A stretch of DNA of 63,923 nt, counting the filler, from Hyphochytrium catenoides (Eukaryota; Protista; Hyphochytriomycota), in NCBI GenBank assembly GCA_900088475.1. It is 9 parts of 9 records of this genome, joined end to end, with 100 filler letters (N's around TTAATTAATTAA, not from the genome) between each part and the next. Parts side by side here need not be neighbours in the genome. Positions count along the whole stretch, not along the records: positions 37,652 to 42,941 come from FLMG01004641.1; positions 43,042 to 44,235 come from FLMG01000934.1; positions 44,336 to 45,453 come from FLMG01000638.1; positions 45,554 to 47,207 come from FLMG01001446.1; positions 47,308 to 50,717 come from FLMG01001714.1; 4 more parts are not named here. The stretch is one strand, 5' to 3'. The notes under the pieces were generated by a model, which was given only the letters and a program-made list of their open reading frames with translations, did not search any database and was not told where the DNA came from. The translations under genes and the position numbers were made by a program. Each line of letters opens with the position of its first letter. Position 1 is the stretch's first letter. Shown here in pieces: positions 38,746 through 50,817 of the stretch.

Positions 38746-41036
38746 ATGACAACGACAGGCTTCGTATTTCAGCAGCCTTTGGGGCGGTCGTTCCTACCAT
38801 TGTTGAGATTACTGCCTGTGGCTATGGCAATTGTACTCTGCCTGCTTGGCGTTTGCTTTAATAATGCTGTCAGCGGTCTTCAGCACCAGTTCCTGCTGCC
38901 AGGGGGAGACCCCGCTGAGATGTTGACAGCAGGAAGTAATGAGGCCCCACCAGCACTTTCCTTTTCTACAACTTCACCCAAATGGCATCCCAAGACAAAG
39001 GCTCGACGTCGACTACCAATTTTCCAATCTCTTTCCAGCTAAAGGAACAAAGAAGGCGTCGTCGAGACAGGCGTCAACCCGCAGAAAAGTCAAGTGCCTC
39101 CAGGTGGTGCGAGAAACAGTCCTCCACGTGGTAGTACGTTTATACGTCCGACTGGCAGTGGTTCTGGGCGCTCTCTCCCTCAAGCACAAGCCTTGGACAC
39201 TAGGGTTCATATAATAGAGACTCGACTAGCCACGCTGTCGGAGTCTTCCTCCAAGCCGTATATTGAGGGAGCAATAAAAGAGATTGGGAGCCTCCTGACG
39301 GAACAAAAGCAACTCGGAAACCTGCTTTATGACAAGATCATAAGCAAAAGTTACAAAGCCAAGGTATCAGAATATGTACACTGGTCCGCGAGCCTTGCGG
39401 AGTTGCTTTGCAGCATATTAGAGGACCCAGCAGCGCAAAATCTGCCTCGTCAATTTAAAAATCTTCTTGAACAGCTTCGCAACGAACCCCATCTTCGTCG
39501 ACCAGACGAATCCAGTAACAGAGGCTACAAGGCCCTTCAGGAGAACGTTCTAAATGCTATGAGGGACGCCGTATTGCTGAGAGTGATGGAGCTAGGTCAT
39601 CACCAAAAGATGGGACTTGGCAGAAGCAGGAATCTATAGCTACCTCTTTAGTCGAGCTTACCCAGCTTTTCAGAACGGCCGGTTTAGAGCCCATCCGCCC
39701 GGATGCTTCAAAATTTACCACAGACAGTGCAGACGCTGTGGCAAACATCGCGCAGCAGGCTATGAATCTGTATGGAAAGGAACAACCTTCTCTATATATG
39801 GACTTGGCATCGCTCTTTATCTCTGCCCTCGGGGGAACATCGGCTACACATAAAGATTTCAAGATGCTGCGAAGCGGTAGCCTAGATTCCGCTTCAGTCT
39901 CGGAAACCCTCAAGAGCTACTTTTACCATTTCTCTAAAAGAGAAGAGGTTTTCGCTCCTGAAAAAGCTCTCACCAACACCCAGTTACTTCGGCAAGCAAA
40001 AGCTTATGCGAATGGAGAATATTATCTAGAACTGCAGCACCTAGCAGATAAGCAGAGGGAAGCTAGAGATACTATCGTTAAGACAGGTGGGGCGCTGGGT
40101 CCGATGCTGACGATAGATGTCACCACTCCAGAGATGCTGCTACAAAGTAGTGGTCTGCTACCAGCGCTTGCTAAACAGAAAGAGGAACTGAGAGAGAGCT
40201 ATGAACGCATCTTTCAGTCAGACCTGAAGAAATATCAACAGAAGCTGCTGCCAGAAAAACGTAACTCTCTGGAGGATTTAGATCAACACACGGTTGATTA
40301 TCTCAAGAACTTTCTGCACTTATACAGAGAAGCATGTAGGGTTGAAGATCAATTCCTTCCTCACCTCGTGACGTTCTTGAAGGAAGGGCCAAGAACAAAA
40401 GATCTCAATGCTATAAGAGAATTTTATCTTAGGATGGTGGGGATCGAAGAGACGCCAGGACCTTCTCGCATCCGGCACCCAAGCGATGGCAAAATAGTAG
40501 AGGGGAACTGGCTATTCCAGTTGGGCTTCCTCAACTACCTGTTCCAAGAGTTCATACAACCAAAATTTGAGAGATTAACAGAGACTTACCCTGCGCTCAA
40601 AGGAGGAAAGCTCCCCCACAGTGTTCTTAAGTCTCCTGGCGATGATCTGAAGGACTTCGCGGTAGAGTTTGCATTGTATCGAAATGTTGTCGAAGCATTT
40701 AAGTCCAGATATGGCATAGATCCCGATCTAATCCTTAAGAAAGTCCTTTCAGCGGAGGAGGCAACAGTCAGGGGTGAGCAGCTAGGAGCGACTCAAGGGT
40801 GGAACAGCATGAACAAACTAAGAAAGGGAGGGCAAAGAGCAGTCAAGGTTGCTGGAGCAAGTCTTGGTACCTTGGCTTCGTTGGCATTTACACCCATCAT
40901 TTTTGCAGGTACGGCAGGCGTAGGTATACTGCCACTACTACAAGGATGGGCCATCATGTGGGGAGGTGCGTTGAGGACTACTATGCGAGAGCGGTTGGAA
41001 AACCTATATCTTAGAAGATATGCATATGCAGTTTAA
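38746..41036 (+). pseudogene. Disrupted ~760-codon intronless ORF: signal peptide, helical body, C-terminal Gly-rich hydrophobic segment
   Basis: ORFs 38746-39042 and 39094-39639 share a frame and are separated by one TAA (39040-39042). A 1-nt frameshift near 39558 joins them to the frame of ORF 39738-41036. Confidence 0.55.
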
Positions 41037-41348
41037 AGTAAGCTCTAGGACAGGACGAGGCAAAGGATGTACAGCTATTGAATTAATGGATAGAAAAGTG
41101 AGCCCATGAAACGTAAGTAGACCCACCGTCCCAGCGCCAGTTGGCCGCGAGAAAGGAAGCAGAAGTCAGCAGCGTATCGCTGCTGGAGAAGAGGGGCAGG
41201 CGGAGAGCTCTCCTCAAGAATCTGTGACAAGGAAAATTCCTCATCCGTACCAAACAAGGAGAGATGGGGTAGGGGTGGCAGCGGGCGAGACAGAGTGATG
41301 AAAGGAGCAAGGCAAGAAAAGCAGCAGGAGAGGAGACACTGGCGACAG

Positions 41349-41621
41349 CTCTCCCGGGTAGTCAGAGAACGAGGACGGATTCTCAATGAGGCTATAAAAT
41401 AGTGAGAGCTGTTTCATGGAGAGCAAGATAATAGTCTCTCCGGGATAGTCGTCAGAGACTGAGGACGGATTGTCAGTGAGGATATAAACTAGTGAGAGCT
41501 GTTTCATGGAGAGCAAGATAATAGCCTCTCCGGGATAGTCGTCAGAGAGTGAGGACGGATTGGGGTTAGGGTTAGGGTTATGAACTAGTGAGAGCTGTTT
41601 CGTGGAGAGCAAGAAAAAATT
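41349..41621. repeat. Three-copy tandem repeat (87, 90 and ~96 bp) with (GGGTTA)3 telomere-like motifs in the third copy
   Basis: Units start at 41349, 41436 and 41526 (ctctccgggatagtcgtcagaga..tagtgagagctgtttcatggagagcaag). GGGTTA x3 lies at 41563-41580. Confidence 0.9.
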
Positions 41622-41984
41622 CTCCCAGTGCGCGATGACGGAAAGCTTGATGTCTTGCTCAGGAGTGGCCGAGCCCACTCATTGCATAGAAGAATGCGCA
41701 TACGGAGATGGCAGTGACGACGTAGAGAGAGAGAGAAGAAGACACCATCACCGCAAGGCTCCCAGTTTGGAGGGATAAAGTCCATTGGATGACCGTGGCA
41801 CGTGGCAAGGTACTTGTTGCCCTTCTTCTGGTTCGCGACATGAGCCAGTTGATATCAAGAAACTGACCGCTGCCCGGTGTAAAGAGTTTAACTTTATTTT
41901 TGTGCGGCAGGTCCTCCAAATGAGATGCCAAAAGGCGTGATCGGGACCCGCGCAATCCATGGATTGTTAGGTACCCCGAGCTTG

Positions 41985-42021
<37 letters not shown>

Positions 42022-44335
42022 TTGCCGCATTCGAAAGAGCCGTTCTTTGCAGCGCGATTAGAGCAGCAGGTCGCGAACGACCACGACTAATAGTCTCTAC
42101 GAATAGCTCCACCACGTCCAGCTTTGCAGATCATGGGGATGGCCAAAAACGTCCAACTCAATCTCCTCGCACTGATGGCAAAGACGGAGGGATTGCACGA
42201 CGATGGGCAAGCCAGGTAATGCCTCTCAGACTTGCCCGGAGCAGAACGCTGACGAAAGAGAAAGGCACCAAAGGGAGGAGCTGCTAGACAAGCACCAACA
42301 CAGAGAGAGAGAGTGAAGGCGGGCGGCAACTGTCATGGAGGTCTTCCTGGCGCGGTTAGAGGATGCGGATGACCTCGCTCACTCTCAAACTTGTTCGGTC
42401 GGCCTCAAGCTCCGCCGCCTGCTGAGAGCCTCTAGACGACAGTGGCATCGGATTGGGAAGGCAGAGCTCACAGATCTTATGCAGTGCTGCAGACCAGTCA
42501 ACCATGATTGCACAGGACATGCCCGGTGCAGCTGTCGCGCGGAGAAGATCATGTTCTCGTTTCCAAACTGCAGAAGACGAGCTCTGGGTGAGCGGCTGTA
42601 GTTGGTCTACATCCATTCAGTGCGAGAAGATGACACTTCTGTCTAAATCCTCAGGGATTGCCGGAGAGAAGATAGAAGACAGACTCTGGGATGGCTCCCG
42701 CCCCAGAGGAATAGGCTTGGCGCAAATCCATCTGCAAGACAATGAAGGTGGATTGTCCAGGGAGGGATATTAGGGTTTCCTGGCGCGGCTGTAGGATGGG
42801 GCTGACCTCTTCCGTCACTTTCAGATTTCCTCGGTCAGCCTCAGTCTCTGCCGCCTGCTCAGAATCTTCTAGACACAGCGGCAACGGATAGAAGAAGCAC
42901 AGCTGGCTAGACCTATGCGCAGCTGCAGAACAGTCAACCCGNNNNNNNNNNNNNNNNNNNNNNNNNNNNNNNNNNNNNNNNNNNNTTAATTAATTAANNN
43001 NNNNNNNNNNNNNNNNNNNNNNNNNNNNNNNNNNNNNNNNNTACCCTCCACAGGGCAGCGAACAATATCCGGAGGAAAGTCTGGCCAACCTAGCCTAGTA
43101 CTAACCTACAAATGATGCTGCTAACCGTCTAATATTGCCCACCAATGGCCCTGCCATCATTCATTCCTCATTCTTATATATATGAAACCTTCGGCCCGAT
43201 CAAGAAGCTTGAACAAACGGTGCTTACCAAGAGGTAGGACAAGGGAGCCTATCATCGCAACGCAACCAGGTCGCAAAGTAGCTGAAGTAGTAGTTGATGC
43301 AAAGTTGTGCGCAGAGTCAGAGTCAACGCTAACAACCCTGCAACCTTATTTATCATGCATCATCTTATTACTATTCTATTGGCCTATAAGGCGGCGTTGT
43401 CGTTCATAATAAAGAGGAACAACTCGAGCATCATCATCTGCTAATGCTCCCAACAAGCAAATGAATCAGCTTCGAAGAAGCAGTATCTGCACCTAGGCAG
43501 TCCAAGATGACACCTGGTCTATGGGCCCATCTTGACATTCACCTTTCTGCTTACTTTCTCTATTATAACACTTACCATGCTCTTTGATTTTCCTTTAACA
43601 GACTACGCCCACCCTGAGCCCTTCACTGCCCAGACCTCATGCTTTTAAACCATGGAAGGTGTACTTTCGAACCACAAGAACAACTAAAGCCTGATTCATC
43701 ATGTCGCGGTCGCTAACTATAGACTGTGTCGTGGAACTTGGCGAGCTGCTGCTGCGAACTTCTGACAAGGAGCTCTTCTTCTACCATGAGGTCCCACCAC
43801 CGCTATTAAGCTTCAGCGGATTGCACCTCCCACCTTCCACGTACTCCTTTCATCGTAATCATAGCAACCTAACACATCAGACGCATCACTTCTAAATCGA
43901 CCTGTTCTGTGCGGCCGAACACTATGCCCAAAATGATGGGTAGGCAGAATGTCTGAAGTGGCTGAAGACTGCTTCTTAGGTAGTACTGAGAAGAAGTAAA
44001 CGGAAGAAGAGAATACTTTTTATTAGCAATCAGCAGATAGCATTATCCCAGCATCATCAACATATCAAACTTTTTGCGTGATGTATTGAGCCGCATGCGC
44101 AAGAGACGCATCGGTAGACAACTTCGATCCTGCTGCCTAGTATTCCTAAGGGCGAACAAGGTTCTTGCACAAGTTTAGTTTTGCTGATCTTCAATCAGAA
44201 CAAACAACGTACATGGCATCGACATCGCTCAGGCGNNNNNNNNNNNNNNNNNNNNNNNNNNNNNNNNNNNNNNNNNNNNTTAATTAATTAANNNNNNNNN
44301 NNNNNNNNNNNNNNNNNNNNNNNNNNNNNNNNNNN

Positions 44336-45453
44336 GTGCCGCGGACCTGAATTGCTTCCACAGTGCCTCGAAATGATACTGCCAACCCCATTAGGATGGA
44401 TGCAATGAGGAGCTTGTCACTGAAGTCTTCGTTGGTCATCATCTCTTTGGGCAAATCGCATTGTCTGCGTTGTTCATTCAGGAAGGTTCTTAGATCATCT
44501 CCATCCCTATGTTTGTTGGTAAGGAAAGAGACGAGGATTGTCACAATATTGTTGACATTGCGGCTCTCGAACTCCTCTTGCAATTTCAACATGCCTCCCT
44601 GGCAGTTCCCTTTCTTGGTAAGAAGCGCACGAGGTTGTCGGACACGGCAAGGACAATCTTGTTGTAGGCTTTCTTGTCATCCCTGAGCCATTTTGAGTCC
44701 TGTTCATGTCCTGCGGTTTCTTGTCCTCCTTTTTAGTGTCTTCTGTAGAGGCTCCAGGGGGTTCCGGATCCGTAATGTGGTCCAGTAGACCTAGTTCGTC
44801 CAGATAGGCTTCCATTTTGACACTTCAAATAGGGTAGTCGTCTCGTCCTTAAGCTTGTTGATGGATAGAGTTCCTGAGGTTTGGGAGTCCATTTTCTCTG
44901 GAAGTAGAGGGGATACGGGAGTTTTGATTGCAGGATCGTGATCTCCGTGAAAAACTGGGTATAGTATTCCGGTGTTTTTGGCAGTATAATTGACAAAATA
45001 TCAAAAATGGTGCTCCAAATGGTGTCAAAAAAGGTATATTTCACACCTTAGACTGGTATAATTGACACGATTTTGTGAATTAAGCTGAACTGTCAATTCA
45101 CAAGAGTGTCAAGTATGGTCAATTACTGTCAAATATCCTGTCAAATATCGGGATAATTGACAGAAAATTGGCGATAATTGACACAAAGCTGGTAAATGTT
45201 GAGTGCTACAATGTTCGTTGTCAGTAGTACAGTAGTCACTCTCTATACACACCTAGCTCTCAGGGACATAGACGTTACGGGTACAGCTGTGTTATGGGAA
45301 AGAGGGATGTGAGAAGAATTTCCGGAAGAACACAGGAGCAGTACAGGAGAGAAAGATGATGAGGGAAGCTGGGCCGAGCAAAAGATCTCGAGACCAGGCT
45401 CTGAGGACTCAGTGATCATTCATAGAAATCTCCATCACACATCAATACCAAGT
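44336..45453 (-). mobile_element. Decayed Ty1/Copia LTR-retrotransposon fragment (gag pseudogene plus probable LTR end)
   Basis: Across frameshifts the gag reads MDSQTSGTLSINKLKDE/DYPI*SVKMEAYLDELGLLDHI..KWLRDDKKAYNKIVLAVSDNLVRFL..TAREA/LKLQEEFES..DDLRTFL..SDKLLIASILMGL..F (DUF4219/UBN2-type). An LTR-like terminus TGTTGA/TCAACA lies at 45197-45202. Confidence 0.82.
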
Positions 45454-45599
45454 NNNNNNNNNNNNNNNNNNNNNNNNNNNNNNNNNNNNNNNNNNNNTTA
45501 ATTAATTAANNNNNNNNNNNNNNNNNNNNNNNNNNNNNNNNNNNNNNNNNNNNCTCTCTCTCTCTCTCTTCCGCCCTTGATCCATGGTTCTCCTTTCCC

Positions 45600-46316
45600 A
45601 TACAATGCAGGTTACTTCACCTGCAGCATCCCGTCTTGGGTCGCCCTTTGAGAAAGAAGCTCTAGGATCTGCCTCGTTCTCTCTTTCAAGTCCAGAAGAA
45701 TGGACTTTCCTCTCTCGGCCTCCTTTCCTCTTTCGGCAAGTCTTTCTCTCTGCTCTTGCATCTCCTCTTCCTCTCTCAAGTCTAAAAAGGATCGCCGCTA
45801 AGAAACATTAAAAAACGGAAAAGAGGAAGGTCAGCATAAGAAAGAGAAACATACGCACACATACACACACACGCACACAGAGAGAGAGAGACAGAGAGAG
45901 AGAGAGATAAGTGAATGAGCAGAAGAGGAAAGAGGAGAACCAGCAAAAAAGAGGACAGAAGAGAGAGAGAGGAACACAAGGAAGAGGGAAAAGAGAGAAA
46001 AGAAAAACAGAGGAAGAAGGAGAGAGAGAGAGAGAGACGCCGTGGGACACACAGACAGAGAGAGAGACGCCGTGGGACACACAGACAGAGAGAGAGAAAG
46101 GAGGAGAGAGACCCAGAGAGAAAGAAGGAAACAAGCCAAATACCTTTGCCTTGGCTACTGTGCTCTCTCTCTCTTGAATCTCTGCTTCAACGGCCTCGAG
46201 GGCTTGTCTCTGTTCCCTCACCAGCTCCTCCCTCACGATGATTGACAGAGCCTGGCGAGTAAGGTCCGACTCAAGGCCGGTCATTCAATTCTCTCCTCTC
46301 TCTCTGTCCCTCTCTC

Positions 46317-46347
<31 letters not shown>

Positions 46348-47070
46348 GTCTCTCTCTGTCTCTCTTCCTCTCTGTCTCTCTCTCTCTCTCTCTCTTTCTC
46401 TCTTTCTCTTTCTCTCTCCCTCTCTCCCTCTCTCACTCTCTCTCTCTGTCTCTGTCTTCCTCTCTCTCTCCTGTCCTCACCTTGTGGATCGCTGGCTGCA
46501 TGCGCGGCTCCTGAAGCTCTAAAAGGCTGTGGACCGCGTGAACTTGGCAATGAGTTGCGCCCTCTAACAGCGCCTAAACGGAGGAGAGAGAGAGAGTTTT
46601 ACCAAAGGGGAACGGAGAGAGGAGAGGACAGAGGGAGAAAGAGAGTGTGACAGCACAAACCCAGGAAGGAAGAAAGAAGAGAAAGAGGATGAAAGAGAGA
46701 GAAAGAGAGAGAAGAGGGGGAGAGAAAGAGGGAGAGAGAGATGGGCGAGGAGGGGGGAAGAGAGAAAGGGGGAGAGAGAGGAGGGAGGGAGAGAGAAGGG
46801 AGAGGGAAAGAAAAGAGAGAGAGAGAAAGAGAGAAAAAGAGAAAGAGAGAGAGAAAAAAGAGAAAGAGAGAGAGAGAGAGAGACAGAAAGAGAAGAGAAT
46901 ATGAGAGAGAGAGAGAGAGAGAGAAAGAGAGACCCATCTTCTCACCAGCTGCACCGCCTGAAGCCATACTTCCTCGTTGATGGGCTGGATCTTCTCGAGA
47001 ATGAGGTTCAAAATGGTCGCTGCGCCTTCTCGGGCAGCTTCCAACAGAGATTCCACGGCCTCTGACTGAA
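45600..47070 (-). CDS. Internal fragment of a spliced hypothetical protein with a coiled-coil segment
   Basis: Exon-like blocks SEAVESLLEAAREG..INEEVWLQAVQLVRR, ALLEGATHCQVHAVHSLLELQEPRMQPAIHK and LTRQALSIIVREELVREQRQALEAVEAEIQERE lie between sense-strand CT-rich introns. Confidence 0.5.
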
Positions 47071-47309
47071 GAGAGACGACACCAGGGAGAGAAAGAGAGT
47101 TCAGAGAAAGAGAGCCGGAAATAAAGAGAGAGAGAGAAGAAAGGGGAAAGAGAGAGTCGAGAATCAGACAGAGAGGGAAAGAAGGCAAAGGAGAGAGACA
47201 ATAGGAANNNNNNNNNNNNNNNNNNNNNNNNNNNNNNNNNNNNNNNNNNNNTTAATTAATTAANNNNNNNNNNNNNNNNNNNNNNNNNNNNNNNNNNNNN
47301 NNNNNNNCT

Positions 47310-47534
47310 CCTCTTCAGCTCGTCTGGGTCGACGCTTCCTCAGACGGCAGTATAGGAGAGAGACGACACCGCCAGCTTCTCCCTGTTTATCTCAACGAGA
47401 CTCGCTCTGATATCCTCTGTGAGGTGGAAGTCCCAGTCTTGGAAGGAGTTCCTTCTCACGTTTGGAGTCAGAGAGGAGTTGCTCTTCTCGTGTGGGAGCA
47501 ACTCTCCTCTTTGGAGACAGAAGAGAAGAAATAG
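47310..47534 (+). CDS. DYNC1H1: C-terminal end of cytoplasmic dynein-1 heavy chain (5' part off the contig)
   Basis: A frame missing from the ORF track reads PLQLVWV..LLPVYLNETRSDILCEVEVPVLEGVPSHVWSQRGVALLVWE..*. This matches the dynein-1 C-terminal LPVYLN.TR....V....W.QRGVA signature. Confidence 0.8.
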   Translation, partial: PLQLVWVDASSDGSIGERRHRQLLPVYLNETRSDILCEVEVPVLEGVPSHVWSQRGVALLVWEQLSSLETEEKK

Positions 47535-47781
47535 TCGGCTATTCTACAGAAGAGCTCTGAGTGCAGGCCTCGTGATGGATGGCTCCCTCTCTTTCTCTCT
47601 CTTTCTCTCTCTTTTCTCTAGGAAGAGGATTAGGCAGATTCACTCACATTGTAGGTAGGAAAAGCTCAGCGTTATACTAAATGACGAATGCGATAGGAAA
47701 TGTAGGAGAGTGCGTTAAATGCTCTTCCTGGATCATCTCATTTGCCCAGACAGCAACGCCCAAAACCATACTCCTGATCCA

Positions 47782-47835
<54 letters not shown>

Positions 47836-47920
47836 TTCTCTCTCTCTCTCTCTCTCTCTCTGTCCCTATTGCGATATCCAGTTCGCGGTAAGCCTGCTGC
47901 TAAAGAGAGTCTGGGAGTTT

Positions 47921-49894
47921 TTATGCTTTCTTCCCTGCTTGTCCCTTGAGAGTCTCAGAGCGTCCGTGAAGATAAATGAGCAGCAATCCCAAGGCCGACG
48001 TGCAGTGCCAGAGAGCGTGTCCCTGGAGCCAGCTCGAGGGCTCACAGACCATCTGCCATGCATTGAAAAAGGAAGAGAGAGAGAGAGAGTCAAAAGAGAA
48101 ACAGTTGGAGCGCATTAGTAGCTGCAAAATGGGGGGAGAAAGAGTCAGAAGATAGTCGGAGAGCAATAGAGAAAATTATTGCAGATGAGAAAGAGAGAGA
48201 GGCTGCATAAAGAAAAGCCAGAAAGATGACGGAAATGAAAAGACGCCAAGCTCTCTGCCGATGGAGACAGAGAAAGAGAGAGATGACAAACTAGAGAGAA
48301 ACAAGAGGGAGACAGAAGAGATGGAGGCTGGCTTCAGCAGACAGAGCCCAGGTACTCACCTTTCTCATGTCTGCCTTATGCGCCAAGACTCCGACCAGGA
48401 AGATCGCCATCGAGGCCACGAGAAGCAGCGGACCGCGAGGGAAAGAGATCTGAGGGAGAGACCGAGCTACCAGCTGGTCCACTACCAGATTGAGGATGAT
48501 AAGCGTAGCTGGAAGGAAGAGAGACAGAGAGAGAGAGAGGGAGAGAGAGACAAAGAGAGAGAGAGAGGACAGGTAAGAGAGAGACAGAGTGAGAAAGAAG
48601 TGGAGATGAAGGGGGAGAGAGAAAGTCAGAAAGGGGAAAGAAAGGAGCATGAGGAGAGAGTAAGGGGACGAGAGGGAGACAGAGAGAATTGACAGAGAGA
48701 GAAAGAAGCAGACAGAGAGACACAGAGGAAAGATACAGAGGGAGAGCAGCACGCAAGAGAGAGAGAGAGAGAGATGCAGCCAAACCCTGACTAGTGGAAC
48801 AGCTCTACCTACCGACAAGCGTTGTCTCTCGAAGCTCACAGTGTGGATCACTATAGTAGCTGAGGGAGAAAGGGAAGAGACACGCCATTCCGAGAAGAAA
48901 AGTTAAGAAAAAGAGAAAGACCAACGATGGTCCTTGGAGGATTCTCTTCCAATGGAAAAAACGGAAGATGTTGAGGACGAGTAGGAAGTAGATGCAGGAG
49001 CACATCCCCAATACGTCCAGCACGTGACCTAGAGACAGAAAGAGAGACAGGGAGAAAGTGAGAGACAGAAAAACAGAAAGAGAGAGAGAGAGAGAAGAGA
49101 GCAAAGAATAGAGGGAGAGCATAAGAGACAAAGGAAAAGGCGAGAGACAGGGAGAGAGCAAACCATCAGGTACGGTCAGAGGGACGATGCTAGCTTAAGT
49201 AAGACTCCCTCTTTCCTTGCTGGTCCAGTCTCTCTCTTTCTCCCTCCCTTTCTACTCCGCCGTCTCCAACACCCTCTCACTGGTGCTGTGCTCTCTCTAT
49301 CTCTCTCCCTCTCTCTCTCTGTTCCTTTCTCTCTCCTTTCCCCTCACACCTGGATGGCAGCGACAGGAGTGATTCCAGAAAGTTCCAAGGAAGTGGACGA
49401 CGTTCGCCAGGCCAAAAAGGAGAGAGAGAGACGGATACTCCAGCAAGACATTGCGCGAGACAGAGCGCTTCGGAGGCAACAAATCTGCACCAAAGCTTAT
49501 TCCAAAAGAGAGAGAGAGAAGCGAGCAGAGAAGAAAGAGGGAGCGAAAAGGGTAAGCTCAGTAGGGGCTCTTTCTCTTTGGGAAGATTTTGTCCAAACAC
49601 ATAGCGAGAGAGGCAGAGAGAAAAAGACGGAACGAGAAAGCTAACTTAGTAGCAAAACTTAGCGGTGAAGAGCCGAAGGTGGCCAAAGAAATAACTGATG
49701 AGTGTAGAAGAAAGAGAGAAAAAGAGATTGTCCTCCCTTCCCCCTCAAGCTATCCTTCTCCCACTCTGTTTGGTCTCTCTCTCTCTCTGTGTCTCTCTCA
49801 CTCTTACCAGGCGTTCTCAACCGAGTCTTTAATCGCAAACTGATAGGAGAGAGGAGAATAGAGAGAAAGTGTCATGGTATAATGGTCATTGCAT

Positions 49895-49952
<58 letters not shown>

Positions 49953-50612
49953 AGAGGGATAGTAGGAAGAGAGAAGACTGATGCGGAGAGAGTGCACGAA
50001 TAAAAAGAGAAGAAAAGAATAGTAAAGAGAAGAAGAGAAGAGTGAGACAGAGGGTGCGAAAGAGGAAAGGGAAGGGGAGGGCCATACAAGCCATAAACTA
50101 AAAACGGAGAGAACAGGGAGAAAGAAGAGGAAGAGCTCATGGGAAATGGTGCGAGAGACAGAGAAAACCAGAGAAGACAATGAGATAGCCACAGAAAGAG
50201 AAAGAGAGAACGAGAGTGCGTGAGAGAGAGAGAAATCTAGATGAAGGTTTTTTACACCGTCACTCTTACATGAAACTGCACCAGGCCAACCGCCAAGAAA
50301 GAGAGATCTGACTCCCATAAAATATGTGTCAGAGGAAAAGGAGAGAACGAAAGAAAGGAGGTCGGAAAAGTCAGCCGAAACACCTAAGAAAGAGGGACAG
50401 AGAGAGAAGGGAGAGAGAGAGAATGGAGAGAGAGAAGAGAGAGAGAGAGGGAGAGAGAGTATAAAGACAGGGGGAGTATAAACGTGCAAGAGAAGAAAGA
50501 GATATAGACTGTTTGAGAGAAGTCAGGCAACTTAGAACTGAGACAATCCCACTCACCGCTCAGAGAGTTCGAAGGTTCTCGCATAAAGTTCTTACGCCGC
50601 TCTTCTTCACAC
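47921..50612 (-). CDS. CREST-superfamily 7TM hydrolase (alkaline ceramidase/SID-1-related), 5' truncated
   Basis: Exons read WCEEERRKNFMREPSNSLS|DLSFLAVGL.., GTFWNHSCRCHPG|HVLDVLGM, several TM segments and CEPSSWLQGHALWHCTSALG. These correspond to the CREST WCE..E..N..S, [S/T]xxxH, D and HxxxH motifs. Confidence 0.82.
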
Positions 50613-50817
50613 CACTGCAGAGCAAAGAAGAGAGAGAGAGAGAGAAGAAACGAGAGGGAAGGAGGGAGGGAAAGAGAGAGAGAGAGAGAGGGAAACGCAG
50701 GGAGGGGGAGAGAGGAGNNNNNNNNNNNNNNNNNNNNNNNNNNNNNNNNNNNNNNNNNNNNTTAATTAATTAANNNNNNNNNNNNNNNNNNNNNNNNNNN
50801 NNNNNNNNNNNNNNNNN

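Noticed and set aside
39040-39042. Stop-codon reassignment (TAA read as sense)
   Set aside because: COG2, LplA and the WW-WH2 gene end in TAA at the expected positions, and conserved exons contain no in-frame TAA or TAG.
41349-41621. Leucine-rich-repeat reading (YLALHETALTSL) of the 90-bp repeat
   Set aside because: That frame contains stop codons in the repeat units.
43042-44235. Small contig with short ORFs
   Set aside because: I could not recognise any domain, repeat or RNA gene, so it is left unannotated.
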